Part shown: positions 39,005-52,649 of the stretch, in pieces
Layout of the letters: each line of letters opens with the position of its first letter
How positions within the stretch are numbered: position 1 is the stretch's first letter
Source: Felis catus
Taxonomy: Eukaryota
NCBI RefSeq assembly: GCF_018350175.1
Contig: NC_058378.1
Coordinates: 22,010,001-22,074,000, forward strand
DNA: 64,000 bases
Reading direction: 5' to 3'
Translations under genes and position numbers: made by a program
The notes under the pieces: generated by a model
The model's database searches: none
Told to the model about the DNA's origin: nothing
Seen by the model: the letters and a program-made list of their open reading frames with translations, nothing else

Positions 39005-40214
39005 CTGTATACCTACCAGCTATGGCTGAAGGTTTCAACTGTGTGTAACAGTTTACAAAAGAGGAAGTAAAACTATATGCTGTACATTGTGTATGCTCTG
39101 GTCCCCTTTTGCTGGCAGAAGGACACAAACTTCCTGATGGCTTTTTAATTGTCTTGCTTGTCTCCATTGTGGGTCACTCCAGTGACCCAAGCATCACAGT
39201 GGATGAATTCTTGACCTGAGACAGCAGGTGGAGGGTCAGGTTAGGTCTGTAGGAGACATGGTCTACCAGGAAGCTTACTGAGCCCAGAGTGGGATATGGT
39301 GCTAAGACCTCCTCCCTTCCCCGCAGGAGTCAGGGCTTACTTACTTGTGATTTCCCTTTAAAATTGTGCCCTTGCCTGGTTGAGAAGGACTTAATTAACC
39401 TCTATTACAAGTAGGCTAATTTTAGTGAGAAGAAGACTCTACTTCTAATTTTGCTCTCTTCCATATTCATGTACTCTCTCATACAGTGATGCATAGATGT
39501 CAAAAGTGTGCCTTGAAAGTCTAACTCCCACTTTTTTCTACACCTATCTGGCCCTTCCTAGAGGAATATTTTATATTTCTATAGCACTTGAAAAGTGTTG
39601 TAAAGGGCTTACCCTTATGTAATTTCATTTTACCTTCACGACACTCTATTGAAATAAAATCACTAACCCTATTTGACAGATACATAAACTGCAGAATAGA
39701 ATTGGTCAGTAATTTGTATATTAAAAGACAAAGAATTAGAGGCAGAATCAGAATGATAATTCGGTTTTCTAGATCCTTGTGCAGTAGTATTTTTCAGTCA
39801 GGGATCATAATGCCTCCATCTAACAACTGTTGCTTCTCTCTATAAAATGGAGCTTCTGAGTGAAATACATATTTTTGTATTCCAGAATCTGGTAGTGACT
39901 GCTTCTGACAATTTGGAACAAACTGAAATGAAAGTGGTACCTTTGGGCCACTCAATGGGACATTTATATTCTGATTCATCAGATAACTAATAAAAATGTT
40001 TTATGCCCTACTATGCACAAGACTCAGTGCTGCATTTCCATTATATAAGTGAGGAACAAAATTATGGATTCCTAACATATCAAAAGAGCCTACTGGTATT
40101 AGAGATGAAAATGCTTATTTAAGAGAACCCTCATTTGCTGCTTGTGAAATGTAAATTTACACATGCTTTCTGTGATGCAATTTGGCAGTATATATGAAAA
40201 GCCTTCAAATCTAA

Positions 40215-41640
40215 AACCACAGACACAAGGCAGAGGTTGGCTGCCATAGTCGAAAGGGCAGGAATGTTAAGAAAGACTCAGCCCTGAGGCCCAGGCACAC
40301 TCCCTAAGACTGAAGCCGAGACAGAATAAAAGAACCCTCAGTCCCAGCAGGAGCCTAGCATAGAGTAACAAGCAACAGTAGTCAGCTGCTGAGGCCAGAC
40401 AGGAGCTTCGCGAGAGACATCTTCATGCTTCAGGTGTGCAGGGAGAGCTGAGGATGAAGCACCAACACCACCTAAAATTTTCTACCCCCTCCCCACCCAG
40501 CCACCACCCTGAGCATAAGGGAGTGCAGCTCTCCTCCAGAGGAAGCTGAAGCCTGTGGTACACTCAAACAAAATGTAAACTTTTGACTAGGCTCAACCTT
40601 CCACATTTATAGCCTGACAAATATGTGCCCATATCCAAAGATACAATTTACCTTAGTCACTCCTGCATTCTGTCTAGTGGAACAGTGAGCTACAGGCATC
40701 GAAAGTTAGGGGATTTCACCAAAGATACGGGGTTTCAGTCAAATAGAAACCCTTGGTAAGAAAAACCACAATATAAGAAACAATTCCTTTGATGGGTTCA
40801 TCACCAGACTTCACACAGCTGAGGAAAGCATCAGTGAACTTAAAGATATGTCAATATAAATGATCCAAACACAAAGAAAAAAAGAGTGGAAAAGAAAACC
40901 GAAACCTAAGGGATGTGGGACAGTACAAAACAAATGAGTTGAATAAGGAGAAGAGAGAAGATGGGGCAGAAGAAATACTTGAAGAGACAATGGTCAAGAA
41001 TTCTCTCAAAATAATGAAATGCATGAAACGACATATCCAAAAAGCTTGGAGAACACCAAGCAAGATAAACTATAAACCAGCAAATGTCACAATTAGACAC
41101 ATCAATCTAATTTCTGAAAATGAAAGATAAAGGAAAAATTGTGAAGGTAACCAGAAGGAAAAAAGGACATATTTCATATAGAGAACAAAGACAATAATTA
41201 CAGCCTCAGAAATTATGCAATGCTGAAAACGTAGTGGGCATCTTTAAATACTGAAAAATAAACACTTGTCAAATGAGAGTTCTATTCCCAGCCAAAATAT
41301 CTTCTAAAAAATTAAGGAGAAATAAAGACTTTTTAAGATAAACAGAAGCTGGGAGTCCTCATTACCATCAAACCTGCAATACAAAAAACATTACAGGAAG
41401 TTCTTCAGGCAGTAGGAATATGATACCAGACAAAGCTTAGACCCACACAGAGAAATACAGAAATGGCAAGACTGAAGGGAAATATAAAAGATAATTGATT
41501 ATCTAAAGCAGGAACTGTAAAATGAACTGTGGGCTCTACAACATGTGCAAAAGTAAATGAGAATGATCCTGTTCTCATATGTGTAAAGTGCTATAACTTT
41601 GAAGGTATACTGTGATAAATCAGTAACACACCACAAAATA
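40215..41640 (+). mobile_element. Old L1M 5' UTR/ORF1 fragment (antisense to ANK3)
   Basis: ORF-track piece EKREDGAEEILEETMVKNSLKIMK..IQKAWRTPSKIN resembles L1 ORF1p. Confidence 0.75.
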
Positions 41641-42414
41641 TATTATTAAATAAAAATATGCTCTCACATTTATGCATAAGTATATGTATACACACATTCT
41701 AAAAAAGCTGTAGAGATATTGACCCCAATGTTAATAATCTCTCCCTCAGTGCTGCGATTCTAGATGATTGTTTCTTCATGCTTTCCTAATCCAAAAATAA
41801 GGATTAATCTTTACTGTGTTTCCTAAACTATAAAACTGTCCTAGAAATACAAAGATTTTTCATAATGAGTTTAGGGGGTGGGGAATTCTAACATTACTTC
41901 AATTTTATTCCTTAGTAAGCATGTCACTGGAAATGAGAAGACCAGACCATAATCATCACTCTTCTTCCTGATATATGATGTTGGGAATGTGCCGTATCCT
42001 TTACTAACATATATGTTTTTATCTGTAGAATGGACATAATACCTACAGTGCCTCCACCATGGGGTGGCCAAGAGCGGATATGAGATAATTCATGTCAGAA
42101 GGAGGAAGGAAACTCACAGGTATTCCATATTACTTATCTCATCCAACCCACACACCAACTCTAGAAACAGGTACTATCTAATTGCTTTTGTTTGTGTTTT
42201 TGTTCTTACAGATGAGGAAACTAGAACAAAAAATCAAAATAGCTTTCCAAAGTCACAAAACTGTCATAATTTGCTACCCCAAAGTTTATGCTTTTTTCAC
42301 TAGAGCAGATCATGCTGTCCCTGAACTTCTAAATAGTATAAATCTAGGACCGATTCTTACTAGTAGAGCATTCCTGCAGCACCTCATAGTGTGCCAGCAA
42401 GATAAAGAGAACAC

Positions 42415-43045
42415 TGTGGTCCAATACTACAGCAGTTATGAGCTAATACTCTGGAGCTAGACCACTTAGCTTCTAATCCCAGATCGACCCCACACTAGCT
42501 GCCTAACCTTAGGCAAGTTTATTTAATTTCTCTGAATCATGGATTTGTTATCTATAAAATTAGGCCAATAATAGTTCTATCATATAGACTTGTCATAAGG
42601 ATTGAGTTAGTAAGGGCAGTCTTTTTAATTTTTTTTTTTTGAGAGAGAGAGAGAAAGCACCAGTTTGGGAGGGGCAGAGAGAGACGAGACACAGAATCTC
42701 AATCAGGCTCCGCACTGTCAGCTCAGAGCCCGATGTGGGGCTGGAACTCACAAACTGCAAGATCATGACCTGAGCCAAAGTCAAGAGTTGGATGCTTAAC
42801 CAACTGAGCCACCCAGGGACCCCAGGGTAGTCTTATTTTAAAATTTATTATTTATTTAGTTGTTTATTTTTAGGTGTGGAGCCTAATGTGGGGCTAGATC
42901 CCATGACCCTGGGATCGTGACCTGAGCCGCAATCAAGAGTCGGACACTTAATCGACTGAGCCACCTAGGTGCACCAATAAGGGTAGTCTTAACAATGTTT
43001 CTTGGCATTTAGTAAACATTATAAAAAGTGTTAGCTATTATTATC
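42415..43045 (+). mobile_element. MIR interrupted by two CanSINEs (42624-42823 and 42836-42975, both minus)
   Basis: ctggagctagacc..ttctaatcccag...ttaggcaagttt...ctataaaat; target agggtagtctt present three times (one copy agggcagtctt). Confidence 0.88.
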
Positions 43046-44382
43046 CTTTTTATTATTTATCATATGGACATTTAAAAATGGATGACATAAACACATCTCA
43101 CATGGCAGACCTGAAGTAATGAGTGAACTCTAAGAAGGTGCTAAAGGGACAGTTCTTAGGGCCGACACAAGGGGTGTTGGAGACGGACAGGTCTGCTCAG
43201 CACAGTTCAGCCTGTGAAAACCTCAGAAGGGGTGTGTCTGGAGTAAGTGGAACTGGGGGGGAGGGTGGAAGAAGGGGCATAGCAGTGGCTGATAGAACAC
43301 GATACACGTGACAGAACGTGATAGAAACATGGGAAGCCATACTTTTTTTTTTTTTTTTAACTTCCAAGGACTCGGAAGAAACAAGTACCTTTCTTGGGAA
43401 ATGGTGGAATTGCTGGCTTTTTCTTTCTTCTCAGCTGTTTCTGAAGAACCTGGCTGAGGTAGTGGCCAAGTTTCTTTATGAAATTGTCACCAAAGCCAGA
43501 TTTTTCCCACAACTTCCTGAAGTGAAATCAGAGCCCTTTCCTACCTTGTGATAAATGGCAGACTTTTCATTCCATTTAAACATATAAAGGGCAGTAGACT
43601 TCCGATCCCCAGTCCCCTCTCCTCTCTCTACTTTTCTTTAAACATGTCTGGGAGGTTCTCACTAAGTAGAAGAGCAGGTGGATGATAGCACTCACAGTCT
43701 TTTAGATAATGAAAAGTTAAACAATATGACCATTTTAGTTTAGTTCCTTGATATGGTCCCAGTCAAACACAAATTCTAAAACAATTAAATATTCAACTGA
43801 GAGGGAACCCTCCATGACTGCTACAGCAGTCATTATTAAGATGACTACCATTGTTAGTTAAAGTCCATTTTCCTCTTACTTCATGAAGTTTTCCTTAAAT
43901 GAAATAGGTCTTTTTAGGCAAAGTCTTTTCCTCTTCTCCAGTTTTACTAACAGCAACTTTTCTCTTTCTGTGATTTCTGGATAAGGAGATTAAGTCCACA
44001 CAGGTCTTGCTGAGACTGACACTGAAAAATACTGATGCTATCGACACTCCCACCTCACTCTTCCCACAGAGACTGACCAGATCCTACAGGATTAGACATC
44101 GGGAGATGCTGGGCTCCCCAGGAGCAGCAGCAAATGCTTAGATGTTTGATGTCTGCTATAAAACCAGGCTCTGACTATTTGGATCTATTCTGCTCTAAAA
44201 ACCTCAGGCAATTTATTTATGTTCTTTTAAGGATAATATGAAGCTGTTTATTGTTAATACTGTTATTAGTTTTTACTTGGATTAATAGCAGATCTCTCAT
44301 CAACAATTTAGATAAGGCTCTGCCAGGTCTCTCTCCAGCCCACCATCTCCTTTTGTTTAACATTTGTTTAACATTTTGATTA

Positions 44383-44710
44383 TTCATTCATCTGTTAATG
44401 GACACTCGGGTTCCTTCCACTTTGTGTGTATTGTAAACAATGCTACTATGAACATGGGTGTTTAAATATATCTTCAAGACTCTGCTTTTAATTCTTTTGT
44501 ATTGAAGGAGTGGTCCTACTGGACCATAGGGTAACTCTGTACTTAATATTTTGAGTAACTTCCAAACTCTTCCATAGTAGCTGTATCATTTTACATTCAT
44601 CCCACAAACAAAGGACAAGGGTTCCGGTTTCTCTAAACCCTTACCAACACTAGTTTTCTCTCCCCCTCCCCCTCTCTCTCTTTTTTGATAGAAGTCATCT
44701 TAATGGGTGT
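44383..44710 (-). mobile_element. L1M fragment (ORF2 end/3' UTR)
   Basis: ttcattcatctgttaatggacact...atgctactatgaacatgggtg...aagggttccggtttctct. Confidence 0.8.
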
Positions 44711-46435
44711 TCAATGTGTACTTTTAAAATATATCTTTCAGGATACATTTCAGAGTTTCCATAATTCTATGAACAGTCATGAATTTTTGACCACCAAAAG
44801 CCTTTTATTTTATAAGAATTTGTTAGAAAAAAGAATTCTGCGAAAAAAAGGCACCTCTTGATTTAGACCAAACAACTCTTTGTTTTGCAGAACAAATGAA
44901 ATTAAAATGAAAAAAAGGTATGAATTATTAGGCTCTTATTTTGGCTGGTTCTATGAGATACATCTCATTTAATCTCTACAACAATCCATGCATGAAGTAG
45001 ATGCTGTTAGTTCAGATTCTCAGGTGAGTAGGGTGAAACTGAAAGGAGCCTCAAGTCACACGGTGAGAAAAATGCCTGAGCTGGGATTAACCTAAATTTT
45101 CTGCTTCTAAAAGCTCTGCTGGCTTTGTCCAGGGGGTCACAAAGGAGAAACCATATCCGGATAGTGAGTCTCCCCTTAAACTTGGGCAAACATCAGTTGC
45201 AGCTCTGAATCCAAGCAGCATAGTCTCCATACTGAAAATGCTGCCGATGTGCAAGTTCCAACCAAAAGGAAACAGCATATCTCAGAGCTAATACAAATAT
45301 GCAGAATCTAAAAGAGGGGCTAGTTCAGCTCTATCATTTTAAATAAGAACTCATGGGTTTCAGATTTCTTTAAAGGTGTCACTATTAGTACTCATTCAAA
45401 AGTAGCCCTCCCTGTTTTATAGTAAAGAAAGCCCCTCCTTGCTTGCGATATCTGGGCAGAGAGGCTTATAGTGTTGAACTGAATGGGGTATCAAAAGTTC
45501 AATTACAAAGTAATCGGCTGCTTTCTGTACATTGAGGAGAGTTGTTTGAAAATTCTGTAATTCTTTAACATTAAAATAAGTTAATCTAGCAATATTAGAT
45601 TTCCCGTAGTGTTTCTAATGAATGAAGTCCACCCCTTTTTCTAACACCCTACCATCCAAGATTCTTAAAAACAAAACTATTAAGGGGCTTTACAATGATA
45701 CATTTGCCACACTTCTATATCATTTCTGATAAATCTGGAATAAAATTCATCTATTTCTGTGTTAAATAATTTTCTTTCCCATCCAAAAAGTAAATCACTC
45801 TTATAGGCTTCTGAGATGTAAGTTAACTTGAAATTGTTAGTTTCTCAGGTATTCTGCCCTCATTTGGTCTTTGGACAAACCAGATCCTTGCTTGGATAAA
45901 TTAGATCCTTGCAGAAGTTTCAAACATGTCAAGGAATGAGAACAAGGTCTTTGAATTTTTTAAGGAAAAAGCAATTGGAAAAGAAGCAGTCCTGGCATAA
46001 ATTGCCTTATCTGTGTGCAGTGCACTTGTCCTGACATGGTGCTGCTCTCAAAGGACCACGAAGACCTCGGCCACTCAGGGACCAATATCACACACCATCA
46101 CGGCCACCCAGCATCTGCAGGTGCCAGCTGATGGTCACACATGAGGCATATTAAAATGGGGCAGTTCTGGATCCAAATCCCTGTTATTCTATTTTACTCA
46201 CAGTAGGATCTGGGACAAGTGACATTGTGGGATCTCCGTTTGCTCATCTATTCTTAAGGCCTCAAATGGTGTGCTTTACATAAAAGTACTTTGTAAATGT
46301 ATACAAAATGTAAATTCAAGGTTACATTATTAAGATGTTATAAAGATAGTTATTATAAGCCAATGAGTTACTAAGAGTTCTGTGGCTCAACTTCGGACAA
46401 GATTTTCATAGCACGGCCTCAGTCAGTATTTTCTT

Positions 46436-46612
46436 TTTGTGTGTGTGTGTGGGTCAAGATCTATGCATTTTATTTTTATTTTTATTTTCTTAATATTAAA
46501 TATAATTTATTGTCAAATTGGTTTCCATACAACACCCAGTACTCATCCCAACAGGTGCTCTCCTCAATGCCCATCACCCACTTTCTCCTCTCCCCCACCC
46601 CCCCCCCATCAA
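46436..46612 (-). mobile_element. Short felid L1 3' end with an extra 3' segment, inserted in a MER5A-like element
   Basis: aatttattgtcaaattggtttccatacaacacccagt is the recalled felid L1 3' end; TSD cctcag(t/a)cagtattttctt. Confidence 0.9.
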
Positions 46613-48154
46613 CCTCAGACAGTATTTTCTTATTGTGCCTTATCAGAAGAATCACCCAAGGAATTTGTTAAAAACACAGATTGCAAAGCCCTATCCCAAA
46701 GGTACTGACTCCGAATATAAGGGAACAGGAGGCTGCTGGCCAGCTGGGGACACTGGCTGTGAGGCTGTGACTTGGAGGCAATGAAAAAGTGGGTTTTAAT
46801 TTTCAAACTCAGAGGAACTCACTCCTTGTAGAGACAAGCTCACCTTGTATTTCTTCTTACCGGAAAATGGATATTATACCTTTTTGTCAGAAAGCCATTA
46901 AGTTTCTACATATCAAGAGTTCATTTCAAACCATGATCTTTCAGGATTCAAAAATGCAGAAGTAATAGAGGTAAATAAAATGTGGGGGAGATGGGAAGGC
47001 ATTGTATTTTAGAATGAATTTGATGATTTGTTAGTTTTTAGGTTGGCTCACCTCTCAATTTAAATGTTCTCAAATGTGTAATGGGATTTACTAGTAAATA
47101 AAAGAAAAAAAAACCTTTTAAACTCCTTTTAAAAAATGTATTTAATTCACTTTGTGGCTCTGGCACAGGCCGAGAACACAATGCCAGCTGAGACAAGAGA
47201 GGCTGCTGTTGGTTCTGGTTTTCTTGTGATGATCCCGGATTCAGTACAAAGCCCAGTACATGTGGCCTCCAATATTAGAATAGTATGAACTACATAGTCT
47301 GAGTATTTTTTCGGGTCTGATTTGAGTGTATTTACTTTTTCTTAGCCCAAGCTCCACCACCTTAAAGCTGTGTGGCTTGGCACAACTTATTTAACTGTTT
47401 GCTTCCCAGTGTAAAATGGATATCATACCCACACCTCACAGGCTTACTGTGAGGAATAAATAAAATCATGTATAGGAAGCTTATTATAGTACCTCATACC
47501 TAGTAATAAATGAAAGCTGTTACCTAAGTTCGTTTTAACTTTGTATAAGTTTTGTCCACTTCATATTGAAAGTCTCAGTAGTAAGAGCTGAAAAGAACCT
47601 TAGGGTCTTCTGGCCCACCTACCCTTAGGGGTATGTCACTGGGAGAAACTCAATGCACTGACTGAGTATGACCTTCCGGGCCCTTTTTCTCCATCCTGGG
47701 ATATCCCACCTCTCTACCTGCACTGTAAAGAGATGTTCAATCCACATGTCTCAGGGGGTATTGTTGGCATTTTGGTTGGGGTACTGTTCTTTGCATGGGT
47801 CTGTCCCCATCGGAGAAGATTTAGCCATCCTGGTCCTGTCCCATTACATTCCAGCCACGATGACAATGAAAAATGCCTCTGCAAATTTCTAAATCTTCTG
47901 TGGAGAAGGACAGTCTCCCTTTTCCTACTGAGAAACTGTGGATGTAGGAGGACTCTAGTGAAGTCACCTCTGAGGAGAGGCACATCAGACCCGAGGTTGG
48001 ACAAGCTTCTCCTTGAGCACAGTTCTTTTCCCTATGTGACTGGAGCCAGCCACAGCTCACAGCCAAGTGTCCTCATCTCCCCTTCATCATCTATGTTCCA
48101 ACATCTTAAACACCACTGCCACCATCCTACTTTTCCATGTAAGGTCCTGCAATG

Positions 48155-48302
48155 GCTTGTAGACAGAGATTGGAATGGTGATTACCAGGGGCTGGCGGGC
48201 TGGCATTTAGGGAGATGTTACTTAAAGGCCCAAACTTGCAACTAGTAGATGAGTAAGTTCTGGAGAGCTAATGCACAGCCTGGTGATTATAGTCAGCAAT
48301 GC
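48155..48302 (+). mobile_element. L1 3' UTR fragment (L1MA-type)
   Basis: gaatggtgattaccaggggctgg...aaacttgcaactag...aagttctggagagctaatgcacagc. Confidence 0.75.
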
Positions 48303-49877
48303 CTCTCTGTGTCTAGTCTCATTTCACATTGGCAAGTAGGCTTCCACCTCCATTTCTTAGACTTCATTCTAATCCCTGTGTTTCCAGCACAACTTAGCTC
48401 TTCAGTTTTTTCCCAACTATGCTAGCCAATGCTGATCTCCTACCTGAACTTGTTTTCTTAAACCTCCTCCATTGACTTGGGAGAGAGCCAGTAAATGACT
48501 GGTCATGTTTCTCAAGTTCATCCCTTTGCAACCTTTGGTTCTGCTCCTGTCCTAAGCTCTTCCCTCTAGGTGCCCTTTCACCCTTTCTGCACATTCTTCA
48601 AACCACCAGAGGAAGAAAGGAAAGATTTTTTGTCACAGAAGAACTACAGTGCTCAGGGGCAGCCCAGGGTGCATTTGAGGGCTCATCCAAATGTGCTATC
48701 TGATGACAGTGTGGACAGCGTTCTGAATGTTCAGCAGAGGGGCCCAGGAGCCCTTCACCGCTGTTTGCACTCACTGGAAGAAATGAAAATTCTACAGCTG
48801 ATGAATAATTCTCTTTTAAAGTGCAAATGAATAAAGGGAGCTCTGCCAACTCCTACCTTAATAGAACTTTATTTCACGGAATTTTAAAATAGGATTTATT
48901 CGGGTTGTTTAAAAATGTCCTCAGAGCAACAATTCCAGAGCAGCACTGCAGGAAGCAGGGCACAAGTCCAAAGAGGAAAGCTGACACAAAGAGAAACATG
49001 GACCTTCCAATTTCTATGATCTAATTAGAATTCTTACTGTCTCAAACAATGTCATAGTAATCGTTTCTTAAAGGCTGACCTTCTCATGCAGATAAAAACA
49101 CCACTGCAGGGTAAATCCAACATTGTGGGAAGCAACATTTCTGACTACCTCTAGAAGTACTCTAGAGAGCTGCCACGATGCCACTTGCTTGACATATGTC
49201 ATGCTTTACAGATAAATGTGGTTTACAGTGATGGGTCTCCTCCCAGACGAAAAAAGTAACGACAACCTCCACCACAAACATGGCTAGGGTCCTTGTCCAT
49301 GTTTTGTGGGTCAGGCACTGTGCTAAGCAATGTATAATGGACCATCTCATTCAGTCACAGTGACGTTATGCACTGGGTGCCATTATTGGATCCATTTTAT
49401 GGATGATAAAGCTGAAGCATAACTAACCTGCCCAAGAGCACACAAAGTCAGCCACATTGTTAGTATGGGACCCAGCAGTCTAGCTGAGGTGCTGTTTATT
49501 GTAACACTGTACTATACCTACTCTCTGTCAGGAAAGGAGAAGGGAGGTGAAGGTGGCCTCCACCACCATCAGACAGGGTGGTCGGGCAGAGGGGAAAGGC
49601 TTGTGACTGAAATGCTATTTGTCTCACCCAGCTGTTAGGAAAACTGCAGGCCCCGTGATGAGGAGACTTGCCCTAGACCACATTAGGACTGAGGACGCAG
49701 TCAGAACAAGAGCCAGGGGTCCGACACGAATCTAAGGACTCTTCTTCAGCTACAACTTAGAAACATCACCTCTTCAGAAGAGAACACAGATCCCATACCA
49801 CACACCAAGATGTTAGTAAGTTCCAACATACTCATGATTTGAGATTAAAATGTTCCTTTAAAAAATTATATAGGATG

Positions 49878-49998
49878 GGTCCCGGCTGGTTCAGTCAGAA
49901 AAGCATGAGACTCTTGATTGTGGGGTTCTAAGTTTGAGCCCCACATTGTATGTAGAGATTATTTAAAAATAAAATCTTTTCTAAAAAATAAAAAAAAT
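49878..49998 (+). mobile_element. Short old-type CanSINE
   Basis: ggctggttcagtcag..gactcttgatt..gagccccacattg..agagattatttaaaaataaaatct. Confidence 0.85.
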
Positions 49999-50390
49999 AT
50001 TTAGTTATTTTATAGGAGATTCTCCCTTGATGTGACAGTCAGGAAATAAAATGAAAAAGGCAGGAGGGAGATTGCATAGCGTGCTAGAAGAATCTCTCTC
50101 TACAAGGTGTATCTCTCACCACTCTATCCTTGGCTTATTGGTTTTGTTCCTCCTGATGTGTTAATGTCACCATGGCAACAATATTATGGTTGATGCAGTA
50201 GCCGCATTGCTACTTTCCCATAATTCACATTCCTTTGCTAATGCTTCCAAATCCCCATTTTCATTCCAAAGGTGGTTTATATAACCCAATTTTTAAAAGT
50301 CTTTGTCTTTAATGCTTCTGAGCCTGTACTAGGATACAAATCTAATTTTCTCTATCTTTGAAAATATTTGTCAATAAAAACGAATGTGTG

Positions 50391-50391
<1 letters not shown>

Positions 50392-50431
<40 letters not shown>
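50392..50431. repeat. (TG)20 microsatellite
   Basis: Direct count. Confidence 0.96.
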
Positions 50432-50434
<3 letters not shown>

Positions 50435-50494
50435 AAAGAGTTAACAGGACTGTTTGGGGTGATTTTTCTCTTCTTTCATTTGCTTTGTATTTCA

Positions 50495-50728
50495 TTTTAT
50501 TTTATTGTATTTTATTTTTATTTTTAAAGTTTATTTATTTATTTTGAGTGAGAGAAAGAGAGTGAGAGGGTAGGAGAAGATGAGAGAGAGGGGGAGAGAG
50601 AATTCCAAGCAGGCTCCATGCTCTCAGCACAGAGCCTGATGTGGGGCTCGATCCCAAGAACATGAGATCATGACCTGAGCCGAAATCAAGAGTCAGACGC
50701 TTAACCCACTGAGCCACCCAGGCACCTC
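50495..50728 (-). mobile_element. CanSINE
   Basis: Full structure; ttg(t/c)atttcat flanks. Confidence 0.93.
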
Positions 50729-50920
50729 TATTGCATTTCATCTGAAAAACAAATTGTATAATGCAGGTAAAATATAGTAAAAATATATTTGCATTGGAAC
50801 CTGTATCCAATCCAAAGTAGAGTCTCCAGAAGTGCCACAGCCCTGTTAAGCCGTTTCAAGAGTCACACTCTTACTGGCATGATGCTCCCTGCTTCTCTGT
50901 GTAGTAGCCGATGTCTTTTC

Positions 50921-50939
50921 TAGTGCCCTCTGGTGGGGG
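50921..50939 (-). promoter_or_regulatory. CTCF core motif (candidate insulator/loop anchor)
   Basis: Minus strand CCCCCACCAGAGGGCACTA fits the CCACYAGRKGGCRSTA consensus; in non-repetitive sequence. Confidence 0.6.
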
Positions 50940-52430
50940 CTTGATTGGGACTTGACAGTCCAGAACCTGAGGCCCTGTTCAAAACACTCTTAATTGAACA
51001 AAGCTTGGCAGCAGCCTTGGGTGACTGGTCCTTTATTCTAGCCTTGTCTTTCAAGGTCATCTACACTGTCGAATAACGAGTCTTCCTGCTGTTCAAATAA
51101 ACCTACCCCTCGGCACCTGACATTCAATCTGTGGCTTTGGTACACTTGCTTAGAACCTCGCTATTAGAATCCTATGGATTCTGCATCTCCCTTAATGTGG
51201 CTGATGTCAGTTTGGAAAGCAGCTCCCTCAAGTCAGGTGAGGTTCAGCCTGAAATTCTAAGACAGGAGAGGATTGGAGCTTGAGGAAAGTGGGTTTCGAT
51301 AGGGGCTGCCTGCCCAGGAGTAGTGGACATGGATGCCTGAATGTTATTTGTTCATTCAATCTTGAATTCAATCAATAGATATTGAGTCCTTCCCAGTACT
51401 AAGTGCTGGACCCTACCCTAAGGATTCCAAAATGTGTAATAATACACAGGTCTGTCTTTGAGGAATTCAAAGTCTTGTAAGTGCAGCAAAAAGGACATGG
51501 GAGTTGTATTTCATTACATCCCTACTTCAGCCTGTATAGGATTGAGATAACACATGTCAAATGCTTAACAAAGAGCTGAAACTTAGTAAATATTCAATAA
51601 ATTATAACTATTTTGAAAATCATTATTACTGTAAATTTCACCTATAGAAGAAAGGAAGAAAATGAACATCTACTGAGCCCTTATTCTATAACAAGCAGAG
51701 TCCCACATGTCTTCACATTGTAGCCCTCTGGCTGAGTGGGATGCAGCTCTATGCCAAAGTACTGTTTCATCAAAGGCAGATAAACGGCTGTCAGGCAGGA
51801 GAAAAGAAAAAAGGAAAAAAAAGGTCCTGCCCTCTTATAGTACAATGAGTAATGGTTCTCCGAAATAAAATGCCTACCTCTCCTAAAAAATCGACATGGC
51901 AAGAAATAGGTTCTCTGTTGCGGAGTCCTTCACTGAAGACTGAAAAGATTAACTTCATGGTAAAGTGACTGTCACAGAGCTCAGCACCTGGGGAGTACTG
52001 AGGAAGAGGATATTTACCAGGTGAGATGCGAATATCACAGGGCAGGAGCTCGAGAGAGGGTGAATGAGGCATCTTAGCCTTCAAGGGGCTTAGTGAACTC
52101 ATAAGCAGAGTGTGCCAGACATTACCACACACATGAAAGAACAGGCAACACCCACTGTGACAGCAAGAGCACACAGTGTGATGAACACATACAGTGGTGT
52201 GATGGGGGGGAGCAGCTTATTTTAGGGGGTCAGAGAATGCATATTTGAGGAACAGGATACAAGCACCCTCTACACAGATTTAAAAACTGAGGTTTTTAGA
52301 AGTGAAGTAACCATGTGGTAAAATCTAGTGACTGGGAACCTCTCTTGAGATTTATCTTGATTTCCAGTACATCTGAAATTCTCATAGCATGAGTTGGGAA
52401 GAAATCACTACATTAAAGCTTCTAGTAATT

Positions 52431-52649
52431 AAAAATGTTTTTTAATGTTTACTTATTTTTGAGAGAGAGAGTAACAGCGCATGAGTGGGGGAGGGGCAGA
52501 GAGAGAGAGAGAGAGAGAGAAGGAGACCCAGAATCTGAAGCAGGCTCCAGGTTCTGAGCTGTCAGCACAGAGCCTCGAACTCACAAACCATGAGATCATG
52601 ACCTGAGCCGAAGTTGGACACTCAACTGACTGAGCAACCCAGGCACACC
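52431..52649 (-). mobile_element. CanSINE with a small internal deletion
   Basis: Perfect 16-bp TSD aaagcttctagtaatt (52415-52430/52650-52665). Confidence 0.95.

Noticed and set aside
47733-48245. Longest ORF in the track (170 aa, plus strand)
   Set aside because: No recognisable domain; it crosses a MER20-like remnant and an L1 fragment and has no exon or promoter context
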